From the NCBI RefSeq assembly GCF_965223525.1, contig NZ_CBDCWX010000005.1:323414-387413 (forward strand): DNA of 64,000 nt, read 5' to 3'. The DNA comes from Candidatus Leptofilum sp. GTDB taxonomy: Bacteria > Chloroflexota > Anaerolineae > Promineifilales > Promineifilaceae. This document shows, one piece after another, positions 17,855-27,075 of this stretch. Position numbers and translations under genes: made by a program. Each line of letters begins with the position of its first letter. Position 1 is the stretch's first letter. The notes under the pieces are model-generated. The model made no database searches and was not told where the DNA came from. It saw only the letters and a program-made list of their open reading frames with translations.

Positions 17855-18607
17855 CTACAGCAACGGCCGTCCGCCATCCACAGGCACAATATTGCCCGTC
17901 ATAAAAGTGAGCTTCGTGGCCACAGCCCAAACCGTCTCGGCAACATCTTCTGGAGACGCGAGACGCTTGAGCGGCGTCATTTCTTCTTGCTGCCTAATGT
18001 AAGCTGGATCCATCTTTTTAGCGTACTCACCCAGCACCCAGCCCGGCGAGACGGACACAACACGAATTTTGGGCGCCAGCGCACGCGCCAAAGAGCGGGT
18101 CATTGAATCCAACGCCGCTTTTGAAGCACAATACGCCACATTGCTGCCAACCCCCGTCACCCCGGCAATGGATGATAAATTCACAATTGTGCCGCCGTCA
18201 TCTGCCTGCAACAGCGCTTTGAAAGCCCGCACAGAAGCAAAAGCGCCCCGCCAGTTAGTCTGGAAAATCCGGTCAATCCATCCGTCACTCAACGCATCTA
18301 GGTCTTCATGCGGCACGGGCGTGGTGATGCCTGCATTATTAACAAGCAAATCCAGACGGCCGTACCGCCCTGCCACCTGTTCTGCCAAGCCAGCCAAAGC
18401 AGCACTGTCGGTTACCGAAGCCTGCGCCACCAAATGATCGCTTCCTGGCAATTGCGCGGCTACCGCTTCTGCCTGCTCCACGCTCTTGCGGTAGGTAATA
18501 ATCACCTTTGCACCCGCCGCAGCCAGCCGCTGGCAAATGGCCGAGCCAATACCGCCCCCGCCGCCCGTAACCAGCGCAACCTGCCCCTGCATTGAACGAG
18601 CATTCAT
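17855..18607 (-). CDS. short-chain dehydrogenase/reductase (SDR)
   Basis: TGGGGGIG cofactor motif, NNAG, catalytic S...YCASK. Confidence 0.85.
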   Translation of the reverse strand: MNARSMQGQVALVTGGGGGIGSAICQRLAAAGAKVIITYRKSVEQAEAVAAQLPGSDHLVAQASVTDSAALAGLAEQVAGRYGRLDLLVNNAGITTPVPHEDLDALSDGWIDRIFQTNWRGAFASVRAFKALLQADDGGTIVNLSSIAGVTGVGSNVAYCASKAALDSMTRSLARALAPKIRVVSVSPGWVLGEYAKKMDPAYIRQQEEMTPLKRLASPEDVAETVWAVATKLTFMTGNIVPVDGGRPLL

Positions 18608-18609
18608 GG

Positions 18610-19887
18610 TTAACGGCCGTATCGTTCAACGCGCAAATCTGCCTGGGCTTTATGCGCCCAGAACCGCTCAATGGCACACAACCGCGAACAGTATTCACCA
18701 ATCATTGCGCTGGCCTCATCCGTCTCTACACGTTGGTAAGTCACCGTTTTGATAAACTTGCCAACCCACAGCCCGCCCGTGTAGCGTGCCGCCAGCTTGG
18801 TGGGCAGAGTATGGTTGGTGCCAATCACCTTGTCGCCATAAGCTACGTTGGTGCGGGGGCCAATAAACAATGCGCCATAGTTGGTCATGTTGTTCAAAAA
18901 GTAATCGTCGTCGGCCGTCATAATTTGCACATGCTCACTAGCAACTTTATCCGCCTCAACACACGCTTCTTCCAGACTGTCTACTAAAATGATTTGCCCA
19001 TAATCACGCCAGGAAACGCTGGCAATATCGGCCGTTTCCAGCGTTTCTAGCTGGCGACCAATTTCAACTTCGGTTTCCCGCGCCAGCTTTTCACTGGTGG
19101 TAATAAGCACGGCCGGAGAGGTAGGCCCATGTTCTGCCTGGCCCAGCAGATCGGTGGCTACCATTTCAGCATCCACCGTGTCGTCGGCCACAACCAGCAC
19201 CTCTGTGGGGCCAGCCAGCAGATCAATGCCCACTTTGCCAAAAAGCTGACGCTTAGCTTCAGCTACATAGGCATTGCCGGGGCCCACAATCATATCCACT
19301 GGTTCCATCGTTTCTGTACCCAGCGCCATGCGGGCAATGGCCTGCACACCACCTAAAATGTGAATTTCATCCGCGCCACCGAAGTGCATGGCTGTAATGG
19401 TTTCAGCAGGCAGTTCGCCATTGATGGGGGGCGTACAGGCAATGATGCGCTTGACGCCAGCCACTTTGGCCGTTAGCACGCTCATGTGGGCGGAAGCCAC
19501 CATGGGATATTGACCGCCGGGAATGTAGCAGCCTACGCTATTGACGGGGAGGTTTTTATGTCCCAAGATGACTCCTGGCAACGTTTCCACCTCAATATCG
19601 CGCAGAGCGTCTTTTTGATGCTGGGCGAAGTTGCGAATTTGCGTCTGAGCAAATTTAAGGTCTTCAATGGTTTGCGGATCAACAGAGGCAACAATTTCCT
19701 GGATTTTTGCATCGCTTAATTTGAAGCTGGGCGGATCCCACTTATCGAATTTAATTGAGAGGTCGCGGACGGCCGCATCCCCCCTCTGCCGAATATCATC
19801 TAAAATGCCAGCAACAATTTGCTGAACCTTCACGTCTGCGTCGTGTGCTGCTTCGGCACTAATGCCATGTTTTAATATTTTTGCCAT
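18610..19887 (-). CDS. histidinol-dehydrogenase-family (HisD-like) NAD-dependent dehydrogenase
   Basis: MAKILKH start with GGGAGTAAGGA RBS (the track ORF start 19956 is an upstream extension). [12 protein letters not shown] motif and overall HisD architecture. The catabolic rather than his-operon context suggests a non-histidinol substrate. Confidence 0.75.
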   Translation of the reverse strand: MAKILKHGISAEAAHDADVKVQQIVAGILDDIRQRGDAAVRDLSIKFDKWDPPSFKLSDAKIQEIVASVDPQTIEDLKFAQTQIRNFAQHQKDALRDIEVETLPGVILGHKNLPVNSVGCYIPGGQYPMVASAHMSVLTAKVAGVKRIIACTPPINGELPAETITAMHFGGADEIHILGGVQAIARMALGTETMEPVDMIVGPGNAYVAEAKRQLFGKVGIDLLAGPTEVLVVADDTVDAEMVATDLLGQAEHGPTSPAVLITTSEKLARETEVEIGRQLETLETADIASVSWRDYGQIILVDSLEEACVEADKVASEHVQIMTADDDYFLNNMTNYGALFIGPRTNVAYGDKVIGTNHTLPTKLAARYTGGLWVGKFIKTVTYQRVETDEASAMIGEYCSRLCAIERFWAHKAQADLRVERYGR

Positions 19888-19980
19888 TTTCCTTACTCCC
19901 TTTTGATGATTAAAAGGTAACTGTACAATCCCCCTCTCTAACCCTCCCCCAAACAAAAGGGGAGGGAACGGCTCTTACAG

Positions 19981-20733
19981 TTACATTTGTTTGATAATTT
20001 GTTCAGCGGCAGCCGCCAACAGGCGGGAATCTGCCGACAAGGTGATAAATTGATAACCAAGCTGCTTCATTTGCTGGCCGCGATCAGCGGTAGGTACCCA
20101 GATTCCAGCGATACGGCCGTTGGCTAATGTAACCTCAGCAATGTGAGCCAAGGCAGCCGCCAGGACGGGGTCACCCATGTCCATCCCCGTTTGCCCAGTG
20201 AGCGACAGTCCCAGGTCACCAGGGCCCACATAAACGCCGTCCAATCCAGGTGTGTCCAAAATGTCGGTGAGATTGTTCAGGGCTTCTTGGGTTTCTATCA
20301 TGGCCAGGGTGAGGATGGAGTCATTGGCATGTTGGGCATAGTCTGGCCCGATAGAGAGGCGAGCACGGGTTGGCCCCAGGCTACGGTAACCCAGCGGCGC
20401 ATAGTAACAGGCCCCCACAAACTGTTCTGCCTCTGCCCGGTTATTCACCATAGGGCAGATGATGCCCTGGAAACCAGCATCTAGCAAACGCATAATTTGG
20501 GCGGGGTCGTTCCAGGTGCTGCGTGCCAGGGCGATTGTGCTGGTTGTGTTGATGGCTTGCAGCATGGCAACGGCCGTTTCATACCCAGCCAGGCCATGCT
20601 GTAAATCAACCGTCACGGTGTCCCAGCCCGCGTGGGCCATCACCTCGGCAGACCATGTGCTGGGAATGTGCAACCATCCGTTAACGGCCGTCTTCCCCTC
20701 GGCCAAAATAGTGCGTAAATGATTCAATCGCAT
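19981..20733 (-). CDS. HpcH/HpaI-family (class II) aldolase
   Basis: 250 aa. WLHIPS...VTVDLQHG, ...LAMIETQEA..., GVYVGPGDL motifs of 2-keto-3-deoxy-acid aldolases. Confidence 0.8.
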   Translation of the reverse strand: MRLNHLRTILAEGKTAVNGWLHIPSTWSAEVMAHAGWDTVTVDLQHGLAGYETAVAMLQAINTTSTIALARSTWNDPAQIMRLLDAGFQGIICPMVNNRAEAEQFVGACYYAPLGYRSLGPTRARLSIGPDYAQHANDSILTLAMIETQEALNNLTDILDTPGLDGVYVGPGDLGLSLTGQTGMDMGDPVLAAALAHIAEVTLANGRIAGIWVPTADRGQQMKQLGYQFITLSADSRLLAAAAEQIIKQM

Positions 20734-20922
20734 AGCTCTTTGTTCTCCTTACAAATAACGTAGGCTGCAATTGTATACGCATCATGAATACGTATGCAAA
20801 ATTTAAACGACCAGCGCCATTTTGTCAATATGCAACTGGCAGTTTACCTACCCATTTTCCCGGTTGCCAGGTGAACGGCCGTTTGCCAGAATAGCCTCAT
20901 CCGCAAAGCAAAAGGAGGCTTT

Positions 20923-21630
20923 ATGAACAAGCAAAACAGTCCCGTTGAAGGCAAAGTGATTTATGTTCTCATTTTGGTGACGCTGGTGCAAACCATCTAC
21001 CCAATTTCCATCAGTAACACGCTAGTGGCGCTCATTGGGTACCAGGTGCTGTACATGAGCTTGATGGTGGCGGGGATTTTGGTGGTGCGGGAACGGCCGT
21101 ACTACACTTGGGCGCTCGTCTTTACCGGGTTGGTGTGGCTGGCGGCAGGCATCATTTACGCGCTCAATCCACTGGCGCAGTGGGCCAACATCATTAGCTA
21201 CATCATCATTGCTATTTTTCAGGGATTGGTGGTGCGCGTACTGCTACACTATATCTTCACTACGCGGCGCGTCTCGCGGGATGTGTTGTACGCGGCTTGT
21301 GCCGTCTACCTGCTGCTGGGCGCTATTTTTGTGCCAATTTACGGCCTCATTGAGACGTTCACCTGGTTCCCAAAACAAACCAACCACGCTTTTGTAGATG
21401 GCCTAAACAGCTACGAAGGCGCACCGATTCCTTGGCAAACCTTTATTTACTACAGCTACGCCACGCTCACCACGCTGGGCTACGGCGACATTTTGCCCAC
21501 CACCTTCTGGGCGCGGTCAGTTGCTTCGATAGAAGCGATCGTTGGCGTGCTATACATCACCATTATTATGGCACGATTAGTTGAGTTGTACGCAGCCCAT
21601 GAGGGAGAGACAGAAAGGGTTTCGGCATGA
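20923..21630 (+). CDS. membrane protein with K+-channel pore domain
   Basis: Selectivity-filter signature TLTTLGYGD between two C-terminal TM helices. Additional N-terminal TM helices. AAGGAGG RBS. Confidence 0.7.
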   Translation: MNKQNSPVEGKVIYVLILVTLVQTIYPISISNTLVALIGYQVLYMSLMVAGILVVRERPYYTWALVFTGLVWLAAGIIYALNPLAQWANIISYIIIAIFQGLVVRVLLHYIFTTRRVSRDVLYAACAVYLLLGAIFVPIYGLIETFTWFPKQTNHAFVDGLNSYEGAPIPWQTFIYYSYATLTTLGYGDILPTTFWARSVASIEAIVGVLYITIIMARLVELYAAHEGETERVSA

Positions 21631-21661
21631 CGGCCGTTTCCTTTTCCACTACAATCTACCT

Positions 21662-22666
21662 ATGACAATGATTAACCACGCACTCAAAGGGAAGAAAGTT
21701 TTGGTCACCGGGGCCACTGGCTTCATTGGTGGGCGGCTGGCCGAGCGGTTGGCCAGGGAAGAAGGAGCCATCGTCACTGGCACCGGGCGCAATCTGGACG
21801 CAGTGCCGCACGTTGCCGAAGCGGGCGTCACGCTAAAAAAAGCTGATTTGCTAGATGAAGCGTCCATGCGTGAGGCAATGCAGGGGCAGGAGATTGTGTT
21901 CCACGTTGCCGCCTGGCTGGGGCGGCACGGCGGCGAACAGCGTGCCTACGCGCTTAACGTGGCGGCCACAGCCCTGGCTGTGCGTCTGGCCGCCGAAGCA
22001 GGCGTACAGCGATTTGTACAAACAAGCTCCATTGCTGCCTACGGCCATCCGCCAAAGGCACTAAACGTGGGTGAAGATCAGCCGCTGGACACGGAGCAGG
22101 AAGTGATTTACGGCCGTACCAAAGCACTTGGTGAGATTCGGGCGTTTGAACTGGGGAAGGAGTTGGGGATTGAGGTAACGGCCGTTCGCCCCGGCCTGGT
22201 CTATGGCCCTCGCGCCCAAAGCTGGACAATCAACATGCTCAAGCTGGTGTGCAAGGGGATGCCGGTTATTTTTGGCGACGGCAAAGGACACGCCTACCCG
22301 GTGTTTATTGATAATTTGGTAGACGGGATGTTGTTGACGGCCGTTCATCCCAAAGCACCTAGCGAAGCGTACAATCTGTGCGATCCAGTGGTGAACTTCA
22401 ATGAATGGTTTGGCTTTTACGGGCAGATGTGCGGCAAAAAACCGCGCCGCATTCCCTTTTGGACAGCACACGTTTTGATTGTGCTTAACCAACTGCTGAA
22501 ACTCGGCCTACCGCTCAACCGCCCCCGCCTGCGAATGTATGCCCTCAAAGCAGAATTCCCCGCTACCAAAGCCCAGGAGGAACTCGGCTTTGTCTCCCGC
22601 ATTCCCATTGAGAAAGGTATGAAAATTACCGAGGCGTGGCTGCGGGAAGAAGGGTATCTGCCCTAA
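21662..22666 (+). CDS. NAD-dependent epimerase/dehydratase-family protein
   Basis: MTMINH start. VLVTGATGFIGGRL Rossmann motif, YGRTK catalytic pair. Confidence 0.8.
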   Translation: MTMINHALKGKKVLVTGATGFIGGRLAERLAREEGAIVTGTGRNLDAVPHVAEAGVTLKKADLLDEASMREAMQGQEIVFHVAAWLGRHGGEQRAYALNVAATALAVRLAAEAGVQRFVQTSSIAAYGHPPKALNVGEDQPLDTEQEVIYGRTKALGEIRAFELGKELGIEVTAVRPGLVYGPRAQSWTINMLKLVCKGMPVIFGDGKGHAYPVFIDNLVDGMLLTAVHPKAPSEAYNLCDPVVNFNEWFGFYGQMCGKKPRRIPFWTAHVLIVLNQLLKLGLPLNRPRLRMYALKAEFPATKAQEELGFVSRIPIEKGMKITEAWLREEGYLP

Positions 22667-22688
22667 TGTCGCTTCGCGTACGGTGGTC

Positions 22689-22751
22689 GGTAAACGGTAA
22701 TCCGTAAGCAGTAACCGATGACCGTTTACCGATTACGGATTACCGTTTACC
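22689..22751. repeat. heptamer-periodic hairpin element (GGTAAAC/GGTAATC type)
   Basis: Perfect 19-bp inverted repeat GGTAAACGGTAATCCGTAA (22689-22707) / TTACGGATTACCGTTTACC (22733-22751). The whole tract reads in 7-nt register. It ends 3 nt before ATG 22755. Confidence 0.85.
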
Positions 22752-22754
22752 AAA

Positions 22755-23435
22755 ATGCACTGGATTGCAATTATTCTAACAACGGCCGTTCTCACCCTCA
22801 TCCTCTACTGGTTACTCATCACCACAGAGGGGGTCTATTTGGGACGGCGGATTGTGGTGTGGCTGTACGACATCACCGCGCATAAATATGATGGCATCAA
22901 GGAGTTTGATGCAGAAGCAGAGCATTTTTTTTTGATACGGCCGTTGCTCGTCCGCCTGCGCCGTGTGCCAAACCCGCTGGTGCTGGACGTGGCTACTGGC
23001 ACCGGGCGGCTGCCCCACTTCTTGCTAGAGGCGCCCACGTTTAACGGCCGTATCATTGGACTAGATGCGTCTGAGAAGATGCTGAAGCTGGCGAATGAGA
23101 AATTACGGCCGTATGGCCACCGTGCCAGTTTGGTGCAGCAGGTGGCTGACCAACTGCCCTTCCCCAACAATCAGTTTGACCTCATAACCTGCCTGGAAGC
23201 CCTTGAATTTTTCCCGTCGGATACGGCCGCTTTGCAAGAAATGATTCGCGTACTCAAACCGGGCGGCACGCTGCTCGTTACCCGTCGCAAGGGGCGGGAG
23301 GGCAAAGCATTCATCGGCCGTTACCGAACCGTGCAGCAGTTTGAAGCCCATCTGCGCCAGCTTGGGCTGGAAGATGTTCACACCAATCCCTGGCAGACAG
23401 ATTACGATCAGGTTTTTAGTCGCAAACCAGCCTAA
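22755..23435 (+). CDS. class I SAM-dependent methyltransferase with N-terminal TM helix
   Basis: VLDVATGTGRL motif I, LKPGGTLLV motif. The start codon is uncertain because no SD is visible. Confidence 0.7.
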   Translation: MHWIAIILTTAVLTLILYWLLITTEGVYLGRRIVVWLYDITAHKYDGIKEFDAEAEHFFLIRPLLVRLRRVPNPLVLDVATGTGRLPHFLLEAPTFNGRIIGLDASEKMLKLANEKLRPYGHRASLVQQVADQLPFPNNQFDLITCLEALEFFPSDTAALQEMIRVLKPGGTLLVTRRKGREGKAFIGRYRTVQQFEAHLRQLGLEDVHTNPWQTDYDQVFSRKPA

Positions 23436-23459
23436 ATTGCCGATTTTTGAAATTGGGGC

Positions 23460-23510
23460 TTGACAAATCTCATTTTCCCTAATACTATTAGGTAAATCTA
23501 ATGATATTAG
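23460..23510 (+). promoter_or_regulatory. promoter plus two TetR-type operator palindromes
   Basis: TTGACA (23460-23465), 17 nt, TACTAT (23483-23488). Palindromes CCTAAT-ACT-ATTAGG (23478-23492) and CTAAT-GAT-ATTAG (23498-23510) overlap the -10 and the leader. Confidence 0.5.
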
Positions 23511-23517
23511 GATAAAT

Positions 23518-24138
23518 ATGGATAAACCCTTAACCAGACGACAGCAAATTCGACTCGACACAATTGAAACGATTCTCCGCATAGCGCGTGAGGAGATGCA
23601 GGCAAACGGAGTTGCGGCGCTGAGCTTGGGCGTTATTGCCAAGCGAATTGGGATGCGTACTCCTTCTCTCTACACCTATTTCGACAGCAAACACGCCATC
23701 TATGATGAACTGTTCCGGCGCGGCTTTTTGGAATTCGGACGGCGTATGGATGAACGGCCGTATCAAGACGGCACGTTACAAGAAAATTTAGAAAGTTCTA
23801 TGGCCACCTACATGCGCTTTGCTCAGGAAAATCCTGATCTCTATCAGCTGATGTTTCAGCGGCCAGTGCCCGGATTTGTCCCATCAGAGGAGAGTATGGC
23901 AGTGAGCTTGGCACGTTTGAACATGGCCAGAAGCCAATTTGCCTACATTTGGGAAAGTGGCGAGATTGATACTGAGCTAACCTTTGAAGAAGCCCGCGAT
24001 CTTTATATTGCCTTTCAGCATGGTTTAACCGAATTACATTTGGCAAACAATCCTGATTTACCGGTGGGTCAGGGGCGATTTGGCAAATTGATTACCCAGG
24101 CTGCACAAATGATTGTAGCCGCCTGGCAGAAAAAATAG
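23518..24138 (+). CDS. TetR/AcrR-family transcriptional regulator
   Basis: N-terminal HTH (ILRIAREEMQANGVAALSLGVIAKRIGMRTPSLYTYFDSKHAIYDELF). Confidence 0.85.
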   Translation: MDKPLTRRQQIRLDTIETILRIAREEMQANGVAALSLGVIAKRIGMRTPSLYTYFDSKHAIYDELFRRGFLEFGRRMDERPYQDGTLQENLESSMATYMRFAQENPDLYQLMFQRPVPGFVPSEESMAVSLARLNMARSQFAYIWESGEIDTELTFEEARDLYIAFQHGLTELHLANNPDLPVGQGRFGKLITQAAQMIVAAWQKK

Positions 24139-24163
24139 TGAGCAAAATTTGGAGGTAAATAAC

Positions 24164-24988
24164 ATGACAATTTCAATTGGAGTAGATGCAATGGTGCAAC
24201 AGGCAAGCGATATTCCTGCGCTGTCCCATGCCGAAGCCGGTAAGCTGTCGCAAACGGAATACGAGCAGGTGCTGGCGTTGTTGGAAACATTGGACGGTAG
24301 CGATTGGCAACAGCCCACCTACTGCACAGAATGGAATGTACGGGACATGGTTGCCCATTTGGCTGGCGCAGTAACAGGCAGCACCAGCAGAGCAGAGTTT
24401 TTACGGCAAAATGTGAAGCATCCTTATGTCAAGGAAGCGGCAAACGGAATTGATGGCACAAACAGGCTGCAACTGGAGGAGCGACTTACTAAAACCCCAG
24501 ATGAACTGATCGCGGAATTTCGTCAAAACGGACAAGTGGCTGTGAATAATCGCCAAAAATTGCCCTGGCTGGTGCGCCAACTGCCTGTTCCTGGCGTGGG
24601 CAACTTCGGATATTTGATGGACATTATCTACCCGCGCGACCAATGGATGCACCGATACGATATCTGTGCCGCTACCGGCAAAAAGATGGTAGTGACGCGA
24701 GAACACGACGGCCGTCTCATAGACTTGGTTTTGCTAGACATTGCCAAAAAGCTGGTAAAACAGTTAGCCAGTCGCAACATCGTCCTGCGCCTGACTGGCG
24801 CACTTAGTAGCGATTATCAATTTGGCAACAAACATACGCCAGGTTGCACGTTGGAGATAGACTTTTTTGATTTCAATTTGCGCGCCTCTGAGCGAATTTC
24901 TGTAGCTGAAGCATTGCGTCGTACGGCCGTTACTGGTGATGAAGCCGCGGCCAAATGGTTCCTGACAAACGCTACCGTCCTGTACTAA
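24164..24988 (+). CDS. DinB/maleylpyruvate-isomerase-family (mycothiol-dependent-type N-domain) protein
   Basis: GGAGGT RBS 8 nt upstream. W..PT.C.EW.VRDMVAHL motif typical of this family. Confidence 0.55.
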   Translation: MTISIGVDAMVQQASDIPALSHAEAGKLSQTEYEQVLALLETLDGSDWQQPTYCTEWNVRDMVAHLAGAVTGSTSRAEFLRQNVKHPYVKEAANGIDGTNRLQLEERLTKTPDELIAEFRQNGQVAVNNRQKLPWLVRQLPVPGVGNFGYLMDIIYPRDQWMHRYDICAATGKKMVVTREHDGRLIDLVLLDIAKKLVKQLASRNIVLRLTGALSSDYQFGNKHTPGCTLEIDFFDFNLRASERISVAEALRRTAVTGDEAAAKWFLTNATVLY

Positions 24989-25080
24989 CCCTCGTTATAA
25001 CCGCAAAATTGAATAGGGAAAGCACTGGCGGCAACGGCCGTATGGTTTATGCTGCCTGAAAGATAGTTGACCCCAGAGTT

Positions 25081-25126
25081 CACGGAGCACACAGAGAATG
25101 TTAAAAAATCTCTGTGTGCTCTGTGG
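25081..25126. repeat. CACAGAG-type hairpin repeat
   Basis: CACGGAGCACACAGAGA / TCTCTGTGTGCTCTGTG, 16 of 17 bp pairing. Related to 27999-28057. Confidence 0.65.
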
Positions 25127-25269
25127 TGAATTGTCATTCTCGTACCAAATGCCAGTACTTTCGGGCACACTACCTTGCGAGTTCCATCGTGGCGACGTAA
25201 GATGAAGCCGTAACTGTTGTCACAAACGGCCGTTTCCCGGTGTTTAAGGGGGCAGAAAGACAAACCAGC

Positions 25270-25851
25270 ATGGCAAAAGGAACAGATGTGACCAGCCTCA
25301 CCGACAATCTGCTGCTCGAACAAATTGGGCAGGGAGATGTGGCCTCCTTCGAGGCACTCTTCCACCAGCATTATGATCGCGTCTATGGCCTGCTGTTCCG
25401 CCTGCTGGGCAACCGGGATGAAGCGGAAGATGTGACCCAGGAAGTGTTTCTCAAGCTGCACGACCACGCCTTTAGCCACCGCTTTTTACAGCGCAACCGG
25501 GAACACAACCTCGGTGCCTGGCTATACCGCACCGCCACCAATATGGGCTACAACGCCATTCGCGGGCGGCAGCGGCGTTGGCAACGCAACACCCTACTGG
25601 TACCAGACCCACAAGGCAGCCCCGGTGCAGAAACAGAAGTGGAGCAAAAAGAGCGGGAAACGGCCGTTCGCCAAACCCTTGCCAAGCTACCAGAGCGTGA
25701 CACCCAACTTCTGCTCATGCGGCAAATGGGCTTTAGCTACGCTGAATGTGCCGAGACCGTTGGCGTCGCCCCTGGCTCGGTTGGCACCCTACTCGCCCGC
25801 GCCGCCGCCGCTTTCAAACAAGCATATGAAGAGGTGGATGGTAATCGGTGA
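25270..25851 (+). CDS. ECF-type sigma-70-family RNA polymerase sigma factor
   Basis: Region 2 (DEAEDVTQEVFLKL) and region 4 HTH (MGFSYAECAETVGVAPGSVGTLLARA). The start is uncertain (25240 GTG or 25270 ATG). Confidence 0.85.
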   Translation: MAKGTDVTSLTDNLLLEQIGQGDVASFEALFHQHYDRVYGLLFRLLGNRDEAEDVTQEVFLKLHDHAFSHRFLQRNREHNLGAWLYRTATNMGYNAIRGRQRRWQRNTLLVPDPQGSPGAETEVEQKERETAVRQTLAKLPERDTQLLLMRQMGFSYAECAETVGVAPGSVGTLLARAAAAFKQAYEEVDGNR

Positions 25852-25884
25852 ACGATTTTACAGATTACCGTAACAGGTGATGAG

Positions 25885-26886
25885 ATGAACGAAGACAAGC
25901 AACTACAAGAGGTGATGGAGCAGCTATCGGTTTTGGAGCCGACAGCAACGGATGCGCCCCGCCCGGCGCGGCAAGCGTATGCCCGGTTGCAAACCAAGCT
26001 GCAAGCAGAGCAAACTCTGGAACGCCCCAACTGGCTGGCCCAATTGGGGCAATGGCTGTTTGGCCCACAGCGGCGTCTGGCAACGGCCGTTTCTCTTGCG
26101 ATCACTCTGCTCATCATCAGCTTTAGCTTCCCCGGCGTGCGCGCTGCCGCCAGCGATTTACTCAGCCTGTTCCGCGTGCAAAAATTTGCCGCCATCTCCG
26201 TCTCGCCAGAACAGCTTGCCATTTTGCAGCAGGTGGCCGAACAAGGCATCATGCCCGGCGAATTGATCGTTGACCAGGAGCCAGGCGCATTGACACCGGC
26301 AGATTCCGTTGTGGAAGCTGCTAATCTTGCAGGGCTAACGGCCGTTTCTACCCTACCCACCCTCGGCGAACCAACAGAAATTTTTGTCGCTTCCGGCGGG
26401 AGTGGCCAATTCATCATTAACGAGGCCAACAGCCGCCAGCTAATTGAAGCCGCCAACCTCGACCCAAATTTACTGCCGTCCGGTATTGACGGGGCGCGGA
26501 TCACTGTGGCGACGTTCAGCGGCGTGGAGCAACGCTGGGCCAACGGCACCACCTTGCTACAAACCGACAGCCCGATTGTGCAATACCCGGAATCGCTGGA
26601 TACGGCCGTTTTAGGCGAGGCACTGCTCCAATTGCTGGGCCTAAATCCGCTGGAAGCCAGCCGCTTGGCTCAGCAAATTGATTGGACCAGTACCCTACTG
26701 TTGCCCATCCCCAGCAGTCTGGCGACTTTCCAGGAAGTGACAATCAACGGCGTCAGTGGCATTGGCCTCAACAGCATAGATGGCCAGATGAATGCGCTGG
26801 TGTGGCAAGTAAACGGCCGTCTTTATCTGCTGGCGGGTTCACAAACCGTCCCTGAACTAGCCGAACTGGCTGCTTCAGCCGAATAA
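25885..26886 (+). CDS. putative anti-sigma factor / single-pass membrane protein
   Basis: Immediately downstream of the ECF sigma gene. Cytoplasmic N-terminus, one TM helix (AVSLAITLLIISFSF), ~240-aa extracytoplasmic domain. No zinc-finger motif seen. Confidence 0.45.
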   Translation: MNEDKQLQEVMEQLSVLEPTATDAPRPARQAYARLQTKLQAEQTLERPNWLAQLGQWLFGPQRRLATAVSLAITLLIISFSFPGVRAAASDLLSLFRVQKFAAISVSPEQLAILQQVAEQGIMPGELIVDQEPGALTPADSVVEAANLAGLTAVSTLPTLGEPTEIFVASGGSGQFIINEANSRQLIEAANLDPNLLPSGIDGARITVATFSGVEQRWANGTTLLQTDSPIVQYPESLDTAVLGEALLQLLGLNPLEASRLAQQIDWTSTLLLPIPSSLATFQEVTINGVSGIGLNSIDGQMNALVWQVNGRLYLLAGSQTVPELAELAASAE

Positions 26887-26893
26887 TTTCCAT

Positions 26894-27030
26894 CAACAGA
26901 TTTCGCAGATTAAACAGATTTTTTGTCTGCTCAAAATACTCTTTAGAAGCACCATCCCTCTGTCATTCCCGTGAAAACGGGAATCCACTACTCTCGACAC
27001 AGATGGATTCCCGCCTGCGCGGGAATGACA
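26894..27030. repeat. composite intergenic repeat: module X (26894-26925) plus 70-bp palindrome built on TGTCATTCCCG...CGGGAATGACA (26961-27030)
   Basis: Module X CAGATTTCGCAGATTAAACAGATTTTTT has relatives at 30838-30869 and 53176-53207. The half palindrome TGTCATTCCCGTGAAAACGGGAATCC has a relative at 30799-30824. Confidence 0.65.
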
Positions 27031-27075
27031 AATGTAAGATGAGGTGGTTTCTGAAAGAATTGATTGCCTACCTAG

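Noticed and set aside
25205-25235. ECF-type promoter GTAAC-N16-CGT overlapping an ACGGCCGT site upstream of the sigma factor gene
   Set aside because: The match relies on a degenerate -35. The CGT is supplied by the ubiquitous palindrome, so the chance expectation is high. It is not supportable without transcription start data.
24985-25479. 164-aa minus-strand ORF spanning the spacer between 24988 and the sigma factor gene
   Set aside because: It runs through the CACAGAG hairpin and two ACGGCCGT sites and overlaps the better-supported sigma factor start. No motif or RBS is present.
25737-26552. 271-aa ORF on the minus strand
   Set aside because: It is entirely antisense to the putative anti-sigma gene (25885-26886) and to the 3' end of the sigma factor gene. 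The product is low-complexity and Ser/Ala/Arg-rich, which is typical of shadow frames in GC-rich coding DNA. No RBS is present.
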